DNA from: an uncultured Fibrobacter sp.
Lineage (GTDB): Bacteria > Fibrobacterota > Fibrobacteria > Fibrobacterales > Fibrobacteraceae
DNA: 64,000 bases
Assembly (NCBI RefSeq): GCF_947166265.1
Contig: NZ_CAMVDO010000018.1
Location: 1,093 to 65,092 of the forward strand
Reading direction: 5' to 3'
Part shown: piece by piece, positions 1-9,936 of the stretch
How positions within the stretch are numbered: position 1 is the first letter of the stretch
Layout of the letters: each line of letters begins with the position of its first letter
Translations under genes and position numbers: made by a program
Notes under the pieces: generated by a model
The model's database searches: none
What the model saw: only the letters and a program-made list of their open reading frames with translations
What the model was told of the DNA's origin: nothing

Positions 1-42
1 TTCAGCCCCGACTCAGCCTGCTCCGCAAATTGGCGAGCTTTT

Positions 43-72
43 CTAACCACTAACCACTAACCACTAACCACT
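43..72. repeat. Heptamer tandem repeat (CTAACCA)x4
   Basis: ctaacca repeated 4 times plus ct, upstream of the GH2 start. Confidence 0.95.
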
Positions 73-113
73 TTTTCTATCTTTTCACCCAAAATTTCAT
101 AAAGGACACTCGA

Positions 114-2966
114 ATGAGCAAAATTATGAGCCTCGATGGCGACTGGCAGATGAAGTGGGACACTGAAGATGCCGGTATTTCTACTCGTTGGTACGCCACA
201 AATCCCCAAGACACAGAAACGGTCCAGGTTCCCCATATTTGGGAAAGGGCCTTCGACAAGCTCCTGATGTCGCAGGATTGCGCCTTCTATTTTAAGCGTT
301 TCACCGTCGAAGACGAAAAACAGGTCGCCAAGCGCATTTTCCTGCGTTTTGAGCGAATCGCCTCCCATGCAACCGTCTGGCTCAACGGAAAGCTCCTGGG
401 CACCCACTTCGGTGCCTACACGCCCTTTATCATTGAACCGCAAAAGGCCTTAAAGCTCGGCGAAGAAAACATCCTTTGCGTCCGCGTCGCCAACATGGGC
501 GCCGCCAATGGCCGCATCGACTTCGGCCGCGAAAGCGCCGACGGCGCCGACGACCGCTACGCCCACCCCGGTGAACTTCCGGTCGGTCTTCCGTGGAACC
601 AGTACCCGTTCGGCGGCATTTTCGGACACGTCGACCTGATTCTCGGCACCGCAGCCTTTATCTCCGACGTCAAGCTCGAACCCGATGCCGACACCCAGCG
701 TGTCGCCTGCGAAATCAGTTTCAACAACCCACGCAACTACCAGACCAGACTCCGCGTTCTCATGAGGAACCCCGACGGAGACGTCTACGAACATTTCGTG
801 GACAACATCAAGCTCGACAAGGAAAACATGACGCAGCGCTTTGTGTTCGAAGTCAAGGAACAGCAGCGCCACAAGTTCCAGTGGAGCCTGGAACACCCGA
901 ACCTTTACGCCATCGAGTTCCAGCTCGAAATCAAGGCCGGTAAGGAAAAGGACGGCAAGGAAATCAAGCGCCCCGAATACGCTTTCCCCGTGGTCCGCAC
1001 CTTCGGTTTCCGCAAGTTCGACTGCCTCAAGGGCGACTACTACCTGAACGACCAGATCCTGAAAATCCAGGGCATCACCTACAACCAGCAGTGGAGCGAA
1101 GGTGGCCTCTGGACCATCAACAATCCCAAGCTCGAAAAAGACCTGCTCGCCGTCAAGAAGGCTGGTTTCAACGCCATCCGCAGCTGCGGCGCCCCGCTTC
1201 CCGAAGCAGCCCTCGATATTTGCGACAAGCTCGGCTTGATTGTATTCCAAGAATTTCCGATCCATACCATGAGGTCTACCCCGAAGGGTCTTGAAATCGT
1301 GAAAAAGCTGATCAACGACATCGTCGAAGAACAGCACCACCACCCCTGTATCGGCATCTGGGTCATGGGCGCCGAAAACGGAACGCTCCTGTTGCAGAAC
1401 GGTAACAAGCTCCTGAACGCCATCAGCCCCGTCGACATGACGCGTCCGGTCATCAGCAACCTGAACAGCATCTACCTCGACAACGAAGGCAACTTCCGCA
1501 AGGATACCGGCAAGCTTCTGCCGGTTTCGATCGACAAGATTTCGACATACGCCACGCTCCGCATGAACCCGCGTATGACGCCGAACGCAGCCTATAGCCA
1601 CTACCTCGCCCACAGCTTCGACCGCGATGCCGAAGAACCGCTGTCCGTACCCGATACGGGTCTTGGCGACAGCCACTTCCAGGACGAAGAAGAAAACGTG
1701 GCAAACGACATCAACAACAAGATGCTCGTGACGCTGAAAAACCACACGCTGTTGCCCGCGACCGCAACCAACATCACAGGTCCGCGCAGCGCCAAGGTTC
1801 AAAAGAACATCAAGACCTACATCAAGCAGATCGAGACCTTCGTCGAAAGCGACATGTCCGTCTGGAAAGATTACAAGAGCTTTATCGCCGATGCAAACCG
1901 CATCGCCCTCAAGAGCAAGCTCGACCAGATTACCGCCCTTCAGAGCAATCCGCAAATCGCGGGTTTCTTCCTGGACCAGTGGGCCGACTACAACACCGAG
2001 TTCTGCGGGCTTTGCGACGAAAACCGCGTCAGCAAGGGTTTTGACGAATTCATCCAGGAAATCACGACCCCGAGCCGTGCCCTTATCAGCGAACTGGAAC
2101 ACGTAGTCGCCCCGCAGAGCGAAATCAGCTTCCAGCTCACGCTCCTGAACAACAGCCGCTACGAAGATGTCGCCGTCGAGGTACGCATCATCGACGAAAA
2201 GGGCAAGGAAATTTCTTGCGACACCGTGACCCCCGAAGAACAGGCCGGTAAGACAAGCCTTACGCAGATGGGCATCTACACCACGATGGCTCCCCGCAAC
2301 GAAGGCAAGTACCAGCTCAAGGTGACGCTCAAGAACGACGGCAAGGAAATCCACTCTTCTGTCGAAGACCTGATCGTAATCGCCCAGGCCGACGTGAAGG
2401 CCGCCATGAAGAAGGTCTGCTCTCTGGACGACAGCGAAGAATCGAGCGACGCCCTCGCCGCTCTTTCGGGACCGGAACAGGTCATCTTTACCGCAAACCT
2501 CAGCTCCTGGCCCGACGAAATTCTGGACAAGCTCGTGGACGTAGTGAAGAATGGCGGAAAGACCTTGCTTCTCTCCGACCTCACCCAGGACGATATCGAC
2601 TACCTGAACCAGAGCCACCAATTCGACTGCAACATCGAATCGCACTGGAGCACGGGTGCAAACGAACTCAGCCTGCACTACCTGCCCAAGGGTTCTGCGC
2701 TCGCCTCCGTCTTTGGAGAGGCGGCCGTCCTCGACCACAATGCCGCAGCCGTCATGCCGAGCATTTCCTTGAACGAACTGCCGGGTGCAACCGTATTTGC
2801 ACGCTCCGTCACCCTGAAGGACGGAGACGTCAAGGTCGGTTCCGACTTGCAGCTCTACCCGTTCGGTAACGGAAAGATCATGTTCAACCAGTTCAACGTC
2901 TTCGAAGGCCTCGAAACGAACGCCCTCGCCGACAAGCTGTTTGCAACGATCGTCGGATTGCTCTAA
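114..2966 (+). CDS. Glycoside hydrolase family 2-like protein (beta-galactosidase/glucuronidase fold)
   Basis: 950 aa; GH2 N-terminal motifs (LRFERIASHATVWLNGKLLGTHFGAYTPF), RTFGFRKF, YYLNDQILKIQG, GFNAIRSCGAP, CDKLGLIVFQE; host-like codon usage. Confidence 0.85.
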   Translation: MSKIMSLDGDWQMKWDTEDAGISTRWYATNPQDTETVQVPHIWERAFDKLLMSQDCAFYFKRFTVEDEKQVAKRIFLRFERIASHATVWLNGKLLGTHFGAYTPFIIEPQKALKLGEENILCVRVANMGAANGRIDFGRESADGADDRYAHPGELPVGLPWNQYPFGGIFGHVDLILGTAAFISDVKLEPDADTQRVACEISFNNPRNYQTRLRVLMRNPDGDVYEHFVDNIKLDKENMTQRFVFEVKEQQRHKFQWSLEHPNLYAIEFQLEIKAGKEKDGKEIKRPEYAFPVVRTFGFRKFDCLKGDYYLNDQILKIQGITYNQQWSEGGLWTINNPKLEKDLLAVKKAGFNAIRSCGAPLPEAALDICDKLGLIVFQEFPIHTMRSTPKGLEIVKKLINDIVEEQHHHPCIGIWVMGAENGTLLLQNGNKLLNAISPVDMTRPVISNLNSIYLDNEGNFRKDTGKLLPVSIDKISTYATLRMNPRMTPNAAYSHYLAHSFDRDAEEPLSVPDTGLGDSHFQDEEENVANDINNKMLVTLKNHTLLPATATNITGPRSAKVQKNIKTYIKQIETFVESDMSVWKDYKSFIADANRIALKSKLDQITALQSNPQIAGFFLDQWADYNTEFCGLCDENRVSKGFDEFIQEITTPSRALISELEHVVAPQSEISFQLTLLNNSRYEDVAVEVRIIDEKGKEISCDTVTPEEQAGKTSLTQMGIYTTMAPRNEGKYQLKVTLKNDGKEIHSSVEDLIVIAQADVKAAMKKVCSLDDSEESSDALAALSGPEQVIFTANLSSWPDEILDKLVDVVKNGGKTLLLSDLTQDDIDYLNQSHQFDCNIESHWSTGANELSLHYLPKGSALASVFGEAAVLDHNAAAVMPSISLNELPGATVFARSVTLKDGDVKVGSDLQLYPFGNGKIMFNQFNVFEGLETNALADKLFATIVGLL

Positions 2967-2994
2967 TCGAGCCGAAAACGAAACGAATATCATC

Positions 2995-3018
2995 AAGCGC
3001 GGGCAACCGCGCTTTTTT
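2995..3018 (+). terminator. Rho-independent terminator
   Basis: AAGCGCGG-gcaa-CCGCGCTT followed by T run, just after the GH2 stop. Confidence 0.85.
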
Positions 3019-3106
3019 ATATAAAATAATATTCAAATAGGCTGACCTTTTTTCAAATAATATTTGTATATTAGTAACACAGGAGAAGAACCATAAGGAG
3101 AATTGT

Positions 3107-3613
3107 ATGGAACAAATCGTCAAGAAAGTTGAAGAACTGGGGCTTACGCTCCCCCAATGCCCGACACCGCTCGCGGCATACGTCCCTGCCACCCGCTGTG
3201 GCGATGTCATTTTCGTCTCGGGACAGCTCCCGTCTGTCAATGGGGATTTTTCGGCTTTTTGCGGTACGGTTCCTAACGAAGTTTCTGTAGAAAAGGCGGC
3301 CGAAGGGGCTGCCATCTGCCTCATGAACAACGTCGCGGCAGCTCTTACCCAGCTGCAAGATGACGAAACGCTCCGACTCGTACAGATGCAGGGCTTTGTG
3401 CAGTCTGCCGAAGGCTTCCACGAACAGCCTGCCGTTTTAAACGGAGCAAGCGAACTTGCCGTCAAGATTTTCGGCGAAAACGGAAAGCACGCCCGAACCG
3501 CAGTAGGCGTTTCGAACTTGCCGAAAAATGTCGCCATCGAAATCAGCTGCACCTTCCAGGTCATCAAGGCCGAAGCCAAGTTCACCGGCCGCTACGGCTG
3601 GATCGAAGGATAG
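3107..3613 (+). CDS. RidA/YjgF/UK114 family protein
   Basis: LGLTLP..P.PLAAYVPA, FVSGQLP, HARTAVGVSNLP..VAIEI motifs; AAGGAG RBS. Confidence 0.9.
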   Translation: MEQIVKKVEELGLTLPQCPTPLAAYVPATRCGDVIFVSGQLPSVNGDFSAFCGTVPNEVSVEKAAEGAAICLMNNVAAALTQLQDDETLRLVQMQGFVQSAEGFHEQPAVLNGASELAVKIFGENGKHARTAVGVSNLPKNVAIEISCTFQVIKAEAKFTGRYGWIEG

Positions 3614-3616
3614 CGA

Positions 3617-5827
3617 CTACTTCACGACAATCGAACGTGAAGATTTTCCCACTTTAACGATATAGGTTCCCGTGCTTGCAACGGGAATCTTTTGATTTTG
3701 GCTGGAAATCCTGCCACGGGCGATCGATTTTCCCAGCAGGCTAAACACCGCATACGGAGTTCCGACGCGAGCCCCCGAAACAAGGAGGTTCATCCCTTCT
3801 GCGTTCAAGCCAAACGAAGCAACAGATTTATTCTTACGCACCGGGATAATTGGCAAACGCTCCTGATTTTCCTTGAGAATCCCTTCCATATCGGCAATAA
3901 TCGGATACGGATACAACTTGCTTAAAGTCCACACCTTCGAATTCGTATTTGTCGAATCGACATAGTTCAATTCCTTTACGAAATCTTTCGACTGCATTTG
4001 AGATGTTGTGCGGGCTTTTTTTTCATACCAAATCCATTCTGGCTGAGTTTTCGTTCCATAGAAAACGTTCCAATCATAGAAGGTGTTATAGAAATTTATA
4101 TTAGAAGGGCCTCTACCCGTAGTTACATATGAAAGCGGATGACCCAAATTCGTAGAGTCCGCACTGACGATTCTAAACGCTCTCCCCGCATTGTAGGAAT
4201 TGTGGATATCCTCATAAGACTCGCCCAAAATTCCACCTACACTTTTTTCAAGGGAATCATACGAAACGACATCTGCAAAATTAGCCAAATCATTCAAGTA
4301 TTGCGGATCACGCAAGCATTTTCCTTCTCTCATCATACACGAACCATCCAGAGCCGCGGCAACGCCCCCTATATAAGAGCAATGTTTAGCCGTCACAGCA
4401 CCAAAATTCATAACCTGCGAAGCATCAGCCTTATCAAGCAGACCAACTGCACCGCCAACATGAGTCCCTCCTTCGACATCAACCGTTCCAAAATTGACAG
4501 AACGTTCTATTTTATCATAAATCGCTGCAACAAGACCACCAATCACTGAAGGTGGTGTTACTGAGACATAATCAGTACGCCAAACCTCATCATACGAGAC
4601 ATGGACTTTTCCAAAATTTACAACATTCTTCACTGAACCTCCCGTCCCACACACACCTCCAATGTCATGACGTCCCCCCGAGACCTGTTTTTTTATTCGA
4701 AATTCGACATTTCCTTCGTTTACTAGATTTTCTGAATTTCCGCAATGAGCAGAACATCCACCAACAGAGCCATCATCATCCGCATAATTCGCCAAAACAG
4801 TAATATTTCCTCGATTCAGAGCTTTGGAAAATTTTTTAATATCATCACTCGCATAATCTACAATAGAACTAGATATTCCGCCCACATCAAAATCTTCTAA
4901 TGAGTCAGCGTTTATAAAGATATTACCCTCATTATAGATTTCAGGCAAGATATCTATTTCTGACAAAGTATCCGAAGCAAAGACAACGAAGCCAACACCA
5001 GAAGCGATTACTTCACGAATATTCTTAACATCAATGTTTATATTTCCATAATTCGAAAGTTTATACAAATGGGAATTCAGTATACAAAAATCCCTCAAGC
5101 CATTATAAGAATTCTCCCTGCATACCCCTCCAACAGTTATTGAATAAGCCGAATCCGCTTTAACCGTGATATCGGCATAATTAACAGCTTCATGAACAAG
5201 AGAACTGTCTATTCCCAACGTTTCAAAGCTACTGGTTCCTCTTATCCAAAGCCTTTCTATAAAAGGACTTTCCACAATAATGGGGGTTCTATTTTCCAAG
5301 ACTCCATCTATAAAGCTTCCCGCTTCAACCCTGACATTAACGGTATCCCCAGAAACCTTGATAACGCCCTCCGTAATTACATTACCCTCCGACGAGTCTC
5401 TTATCATAACCGGGGATACGGCTGAGAAATAACGGCTCTTTACATTCATTTCAAAATTTTTGAAACTTATATCTTTGGCGCTACCATACGAACAAACTAA
5501 CAAATTATCATCTTCCGTATATGCGCCATAGACAGTATAGCCGTTAAAATCAAGATTAGCGTAAGCGGTCTCAATCGCTTTCAAAGGGTGTTCCCTATTT
5601 ACCGTTTTCTTGTCCTTGCCAAATACAATGTCTGCAACAAGTTTAACGCAGTGAAACGATGAATGTGGCCCCACATGAGGACCGACCCACACAAGTTCTT
5701 CGGGCGAACCAATCTGATAGCAGCCCCCCTCTAGCTTGGGTTCCAGCGTATCGCCAGTCCACTCCGCCATGGCAAGCGAAGCGTTCATCAGAATGAACAT
5801 CAAGAACAATAAGATATGTCGTTTCAT
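3617..5827 (-). CDS. Secreted GLUG-repeat-like surface protein with Fibrobacter/T9SS-like C-terminal sorting domain
   Basis: Signal peptide; N-terminal WTG...YQIGSPEELVW; repeated N.G.V...VGG(L/I)(V/A)G units; C-terminal YAVFSLLGK...GTYIVKVG; AT-rich. Confidence 0.65.
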   Translation of the reverse strand: MKRHILLFLMFILMNASLAMAEWTGDTLEPKLEGGCYQIGSPEELVWVGPHVGPHSSFHCVKLVADIVFGKDKKTVNREHPLKAIETAYANLDFNGYTVYGAYTEDDNLLVCSYGSAKDISFKNFEMNVKSRYFSAVSPVMIRDSSEGNVITEGVIKVSGDTVNVRVEAGSFIDGVLENRTPIIVESPFIERLWIRGTSSFETLGIDSSLVHEAVNYADITVKADSAYSITVGGVCRENSYNGLRDFCILNSHLYKLSNYGNINIDVKNIREVIASGVGFVVFASDTLSEIDILPEIYNEGNIFINADSLEDFDVGGISSSIVDYASDDIKKFSKALNRGNITVLANYADDDGSVGGCSAHCGNSENLVNEGNVEFRIKKQVSGGRHDIGGVCGTGGSVKNVVNFGKVHVSYDEVWRTDYVSVTPPSVIGGLVAAIYDKIERSVNFGTVDVEGGTHVGGAVGLLDKADASQVMNFGAVTAKHCSYIGGVAAALDGSCMMREGKCLRDPQYLNDLANFADVVSYDSLEKSVGGILGESYEDIHNSYNAGRAFRIVSADSTNLGHPLSYVTTGRGPSNINFYNTFYDWNVFYGTKTQPEWIWYEKKARTTSQMQSKDFVKELNYVDSTNTNSKVWTLSKLYPYPIIADMEGILKENQERLPIIPVRKNKSVASFGLNAEGMNLLVSGARVGTPYAVFSLLGKSIARGRISSQNQKIPVASTGTYIVKVGKSSRSIVVK
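3664..3694 (+). terminator. Putative terminator for the RidA gene, inside the convergent CDS
   Basis: AGGTTCCCGT-gcttgca-ACGGGAATCT-TTTT, 50 bp after the RidA stop. Confidence 0.5.
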
Positions 5828-5874
5828 ATCAGAACTCCTATTCCCAACAAAACTTTTATTATAAATTTAAAAAA

Positions 5875-6378
5875 TTACAGACAAACCGTCTTCAGCCATT
5901 CGCGCATCGCGTAAACATCGACATTCGCCTGCAAGGACTTGTGGGCGATTCTTGCACCCGGCATTGTCGCCATCTTTTTCGGGTCCAGATGCATGCCCAC
6001 GCGACCGAGGTCTAGGCGGTCGGCGTCGTAGCAGGTGTTGATGGTCGGATCATCGGTCTGATGTTCCTTGGTGTGGTAAAAGCAGGCGTGATACAGTTGG
6101 TCGAACTGTTCCTGCGTAATATCGAGGAGTCCCTTTTCGAAACATTCCTTGGCAAAAGCCGCGCTGCGCTCGCCATGTTCACCATCGTAGCCGTCATCTT
6201 CGCGCTTGCAATCGTGAAAGAGAGCGAACAGTCGCACAACTGTCACGTCGGCACCCGTAATGGGCGCGAGGAGCAAGCCGTTGAATTCCACCTGCCGCCA
6301 ATGAGCAAGCCCATGAATCGTCGAATCCACGATTCGGTTGCTATAGACAAACTCTTGTAAAGCGGCAAAGTCGATCAT
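5875..6378 (-). CDS. HD-domain phosphohydrolase family protein
   Basis: HGLAHW...LFALFHDC...H...CYDADRLDLGRVG motifs. Confidence 0.8.
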   Translation of the reverse strand: MIDFAALQEFVYSNRIVDSTIHGLAHWRQVEFNGLLLAPITGADVTVVRLFALFHDCKREDDGYDGEHGERSAAFAKECFEKGLLDITQEQFDQLYHACFYHTKEHQTDDPTINTCYDADRLDLGRVGMHLDPKKMATMPGARIAHKSLQANVDVYAMREWLKTVCL

Positions 6379-6380
6379 AG

Positions 6381-6534
6381 AGGTATGAGCAATGAGGTAT
6401 GAGCGCGGTCACCTACGGTGACCTTCGAGGCTTCTTGTAATAAGATATAAAAAACATTTCATGGCAAACATCTCATAGCTCAAAGCGACGACCCGCCGCG
6501 ACCTCACTGCTCAGAGGTGCGGAGCACCGACCTA
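6381..6534. repeat. Intergenic REP-like cluster (ATGAGGT/ATGAGC units, GGTCACC-tac-GGTGACC hairpin, CTCARAG..CGACCT units)
   Basis: Short hairpins and repeated units also seen at 50953-51019 and 60557-60600; the last unit overlaps the mutS TAG. Confidence 0.6.
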
Positions 6535-9144
6535 TTTTCCGTAGTGTTCCTTCAGGTCCATCAGGCATTGGAGCGCCTGAATCGGAGTCATTTCTTCGGG
6601 TTTCAGGCGACGGATTTCTTCCTTCAGGAGCTGCGTAGATTCGTCAGGAGGAGCGAACAGGTCGACCTGCGGCTTTTCCATAAGCTTCTTGTGGGTGGCA
6701 CCATCGCTCGGGTCAATCTTCTGTTTTTCGAGGCGCAAAAGAATCTTGCGGGCGCGGCGCAGCACGTTGTTCGGGAGGCCCGCCATTTCGGCCACGTGAA
6801 TACCGTAGCTGGAATCGCAAGCACCTTCGAGAATCTTGTGCAAGAAGATGAGCTTATCGCCCTTTTCTTGAACGCCCACCTGGAAGTTTCCGGCGTGTTC
6901 AAGGCTTTCCACAAGGCCCGTGAGCTCGTGGTAGTGCGTTGCAAACAGCGTGATGGCGGCACGGGCGGGTTCATCGTGCAGCGTTTCTACAATCGCCCAC
7001 GCAATCGAGAGGCCATCAAAGGTGCTGGTTCCGCGACCGATTTCGTCGAGGAGCACCAGGCTGTGGGACGTCGCATTGCGCAAGATGTTCGCCGTTTCGA
7101 TCATTTCGACCATGAACGTCGAAAGGCCGCGGCTCAGGCGGTCGCTGGCACCCACGCGGGTAAAGATGCGGTCCACCACGCCGATGCGGGCACTTTCCGC
7201 CGGTACAAAGCAGCCGATTTGCGCCATAAGCACAATGAGTCCCGTCTGGCGCAGGTAAGTCGATTTACCGGCCATGTTCGGGCCCGTAATGAGCATCAAG
7301 CGAGTCGCTTCGGGCGAAAGGTTCACATCGTTCGGGATAAAGTCCAGGTCCGAATTGACCGCGACAATCACCGGATGGAAACCACCCTTGATTTCGATAC
7401 CCGAGCCTTCGAAGACTTCGGGGCAAACGTAATTGTACTTGCGGGCGGCGCGGGCAAAGCTGTAAAGCGTATCCACGTGCGCAATCGCATTCGCGATTTC
7501 TTGCAGTTCGGCGCGCCAGCTGTTCACGCGTTCGCGGAGTTCGCAGAAAATCTTGTATTCCAGCGCGTGAATGTTGACTTCGGCGTTGCTGATGATGGAT
7601 TCGCATTCCTTCATCTCGGGCGTAATGTAGCGTTCGCCGTTCACCGTCGTCTGCTTGCGGATGTATTCGTCGGGAATCGGAGCGGTCGCCTTCGCCATCT
7701 GCGCCTTGGTAATTTCGATATAGTAACCGAAAACGCGGTTGTAGCCAACCTTAAGGCTCGGAATTCCCAAGCGTTCACGTTCACGAACTTCCAAAGAGGC
7801 TATCCATTCGCGGCGTTCCTTGATGTCTTCGTTCATGGCATCGAGTTCCGCGTTAGCGCCCGCGCGAATCATGCCGCCCTCACGAACGGTCAGCGGCAAG
7901 TCGTCGTTAAATTGCGAAAGGAGCTCTTCGCCACGGCCACGGGCGGCAATGAGGGCCGCTCGCATCGGTTCAAAAATCGGCGAATTCAAACCTTCTAGTA
8001 CATCAGCCACCTTGGACGCCTGCGAAAGCGAACGGCCCATGCCCGCCAAGTCGCGGGCATTCGCGCGGCCAGAACCCACACGGCCCATCAGGCGTTCCAT
8101 ATCGAGAATCGAAGTCAGCGATTCCTTCAGTTCGTCAAGCGCGACCGGATTATTCACCAGTTCCTCGACTGCGTCTTCACGTTCCTTGATGCGTTCCACC
8201 GAAATCAGCGGGTGGCTCACCCACTCCTTCAGATTGCGCCCGCCCATCGCGGTCACCGTAAAGTCGAGCACATAGCAAAGCGTACTGCTGATATCGTCAG
8301 CATTCAACGGACGCACCAGTTCCAGGTTACGCAGCGTACTCGGATCAAGCGTCATGTAATCGTCAAGATTCAGAATCTCGAGCGTCGTAAAATGCGAAAG
8401 TTCGGACTTCTTCTGGTCCATCAGGTACTGGAGAAGCGCTCCCGTCACCTGGGTTTCGACCACTCGCCCATCGAGACCGAGACCGTCCAAAGCCTCGACC
8501 TTAAAGTGCGTAAACAGCACATCCTTCGCGGAATCTTCGCCGAACAGGAATGCCGGAAGTTCCGTCACCAGAATGTTTTCGGAACGAATCAAGTCCATCA
8601 CGCCGCTAGGAATTACGGTTCCTTCGGGCACCACGACTTCTTTCGGCATGCGGCGGCAGAATTCACATTCAAAAGCCTGCACCGAGCTCTTGCAGGCAGC
8701 CAGATAGCCGGTCGTCACGTCGGCAATCGCAAACGAGACCGAGTCCTTTTCGGGAATGAACGCGCAAAGGTAATTCGCCTCTTTCGCATTCAGGTTCGAC
8801 TCGTCCATTGCGGTGCCGGCACTGATGATTTCTACAATGTCGCGCTTGACGATACCCTTTGCAAGTTTCGGGTCTTCTACCTGTTCGCAAATGGCGATGC
8901 GGTAACCCGCCGCCACCATCTTGGGCACGTAGCGGTCCGCGGCATGGTGCGGGAACCCGCACAAAGGGGTCGCACCCGAGGCGCCGTTGTTGCGGCTCGT
9001 GAGCGTGAGTCCTAAAATCTTCGAGGCAACCACAGCATCGTCTTCGAAAAGTTCGAAGAAGTCGCCCATTCTAAAAAACAAGATGCAGCCGGGATTCTGT
9101 TTCTTAATCTCGTAATACTGCTGCATTAACGGGGTTACAGCCAT
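6532..9144 (-). CDS. mutS: DNA mismatch repair protein MutS
   Basis: TPLMQQYYEIK..LFFRMGDFFELF, Walker A ITGPNMAGKSTYLRQ, STFMVEM, DEIGRGTST, FATHYHEL. Confidence 0.98.
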   Translation of the reverse strand: MAVTPLMQQYYEIKKQNPGCILFFRMGDFFELFEDDAVVASKILGLTLTSRNNGASGATPLCGFPHHAADRYVPKMVAAGYRIAICEQVEDPKLAKGIVKRDIVEIISAGTAMDESNLNAKEANYLCAFIPEKDSVSFAIADVTTGYLAACKSSVQAFECEFCRRMPKEVVVPEGTVIPSGVMDLIRSENILVTELPAFLFGEDSAKDVLFTHFKVEALDGLGLDGRVVETQVTGALLQYLMDQKKSELSHFTTLEILNLDDYMTLDPSTLRNLELVRPLNADDISSTLCYVLDFTVTAMGGRNLKEWVSHPLISVERIKEREDAVEELVNNPVALDELKESLTSILDMERLMGRVGSGRANARDLAGMGRSLSQASKVADVLEGLNSPIFEPMRAALIAARGRGEELLSQFNDDLPLTVREGGMIRAGANAELDAMNEDIKERREWIASLEVRERERLGIPSLKVGYNRVFGYYIEITKAQMAKATAPIPDEYIRKQTTVNGERYITPEMKECESIISNAEVNIHALEYKIFCELRERVNSWRAELQEIANAIAHVDTLYSFARAARKYNYVCPEVFEGSGIEIKGGFHPVIVAVNSDLDFIPNDVNLSPEATRLMLITGPNMAGKSTYLRQTGLIVLMAQIGCFVPAESARIGVVDRIFTRVGASDRLSRGLSTFMVEMIETANILRNATSHSLVLLDEIGRGTSTFDGLSIAWAIVETLHDEPARAAITLFATHYHELTGLVESLEHAGNFQVGVQEKGDKLIFLHKILEGACDSSYGIHVAEMAGLPNNVLRRARKILLRLEKQKIDPSDGATHKKLMEKPQVDLFAPPDESTQLLKEEIRRLKPEEMTPIQALQCLMDLKEHYGK

Positions 9145-9851
9145 TAGGCATCTCCCATCGACAATTCAACCTGGTCCGGATTTTCTTCGGGCTGCACCGG
9201 TTCTTCGGGGCTAACCGATTCGGGTTTCGCATACTGCGGCACCAAGGCGCCCGCTTCCAAAAGTTCACTGAACTCGCGGAGTCTCGGCAAGTCTTCGGGA
9301 ATGCGGTTGATGCCGAAATACTTCATGAATTCCTGCGTCGTCACGTAGGTATAGGGGTTTCCGACCGTATCGGCACGGGAACCGAGAGCAATGAAGCCCT
9401 TGTCGAGCAAGTTACGAATCGGGCCATCCACCGACGACACGCCACGCACCTGTTCAATCGCCGCCTTGGTAATCGGCTGCTGGTAAGCGATGACCGCCAA
9501 GGTTTCAAGCGCAGCCTGGCTGAGCCTGCGGGCATTTGCCTCGGGGAACAGCTTGCGCACCCACGGGTAGTACTTGGCGCGGGTCCTAAAGCGGTAACCG
9601 CCCGCCTGTTCCACAATTTCGAACGGGGAATTAATCTTGTTCAGCGAATCGTTCGCCGCAATCAAAGCATCGGACACCAAGCGCGCATCCAAAAAGTCGC
9701 CCAGAATTTCACGCAGTTTCTTGAGCGTCACAATATCAGGAGACGCAAACACGAGCGCCTGGATAATGCGGGCCAAATCCTCTTGGCTCTCGACTTTCGG
9801 GAGTTCCGCCGATTCTTCGGCCAAATCGTCCAAATTCTGATTTTCTTCCAT
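9144..9851 (-). CDS. scpB: SMC-Scp complex subunit ScpB
   Basis: ALVFAS, AGGYRFRT, LSQAALETLAVIAYQQPITKAAIEQVRGV, Y.TTQEFMKYFG; TAATG coupling to mutS. Confidence 0.95.
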   Translation of the reverse strand: MEENQNLDDLAEESAELPKVESQEDLARIIQALVFASPDIVTLKKLREILGDFLDARLVSDALIAANDSLNKINSPFEIVEQAGGYRFRTRAKYYPWVRKLFPEANARRLSQAALETLAVIAYQQPITKAAIEQVRGVSSVDGPIRNLLDKGFIALGSRADTVGNPYTYVTTQEFMKYFGINRIPEDLPRLREFSELLEAGALVPQYAKPESVSPEEPVQPEENPDQVELSMGDA

Positions 9852-9936
9852 ACACCCGCAAAATAAAAAATTTCACAGAGGCAAGTAAAGCGCCCACCAA
9901 GGATTTCACTCTTTTAGGCGAGTCCGGGTCAAAATT

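Noticed and set aside
450-2996. 848-aa minus-strand ORF
   Set aside because: Antisense shadow of the GH2 gene caused by high-GC3 codon bias; no recognisable motifs.
6517-9015. 493-aa and 267-aa plus-strand ORFs
   Set aside because: Antisense shadows of mutS.
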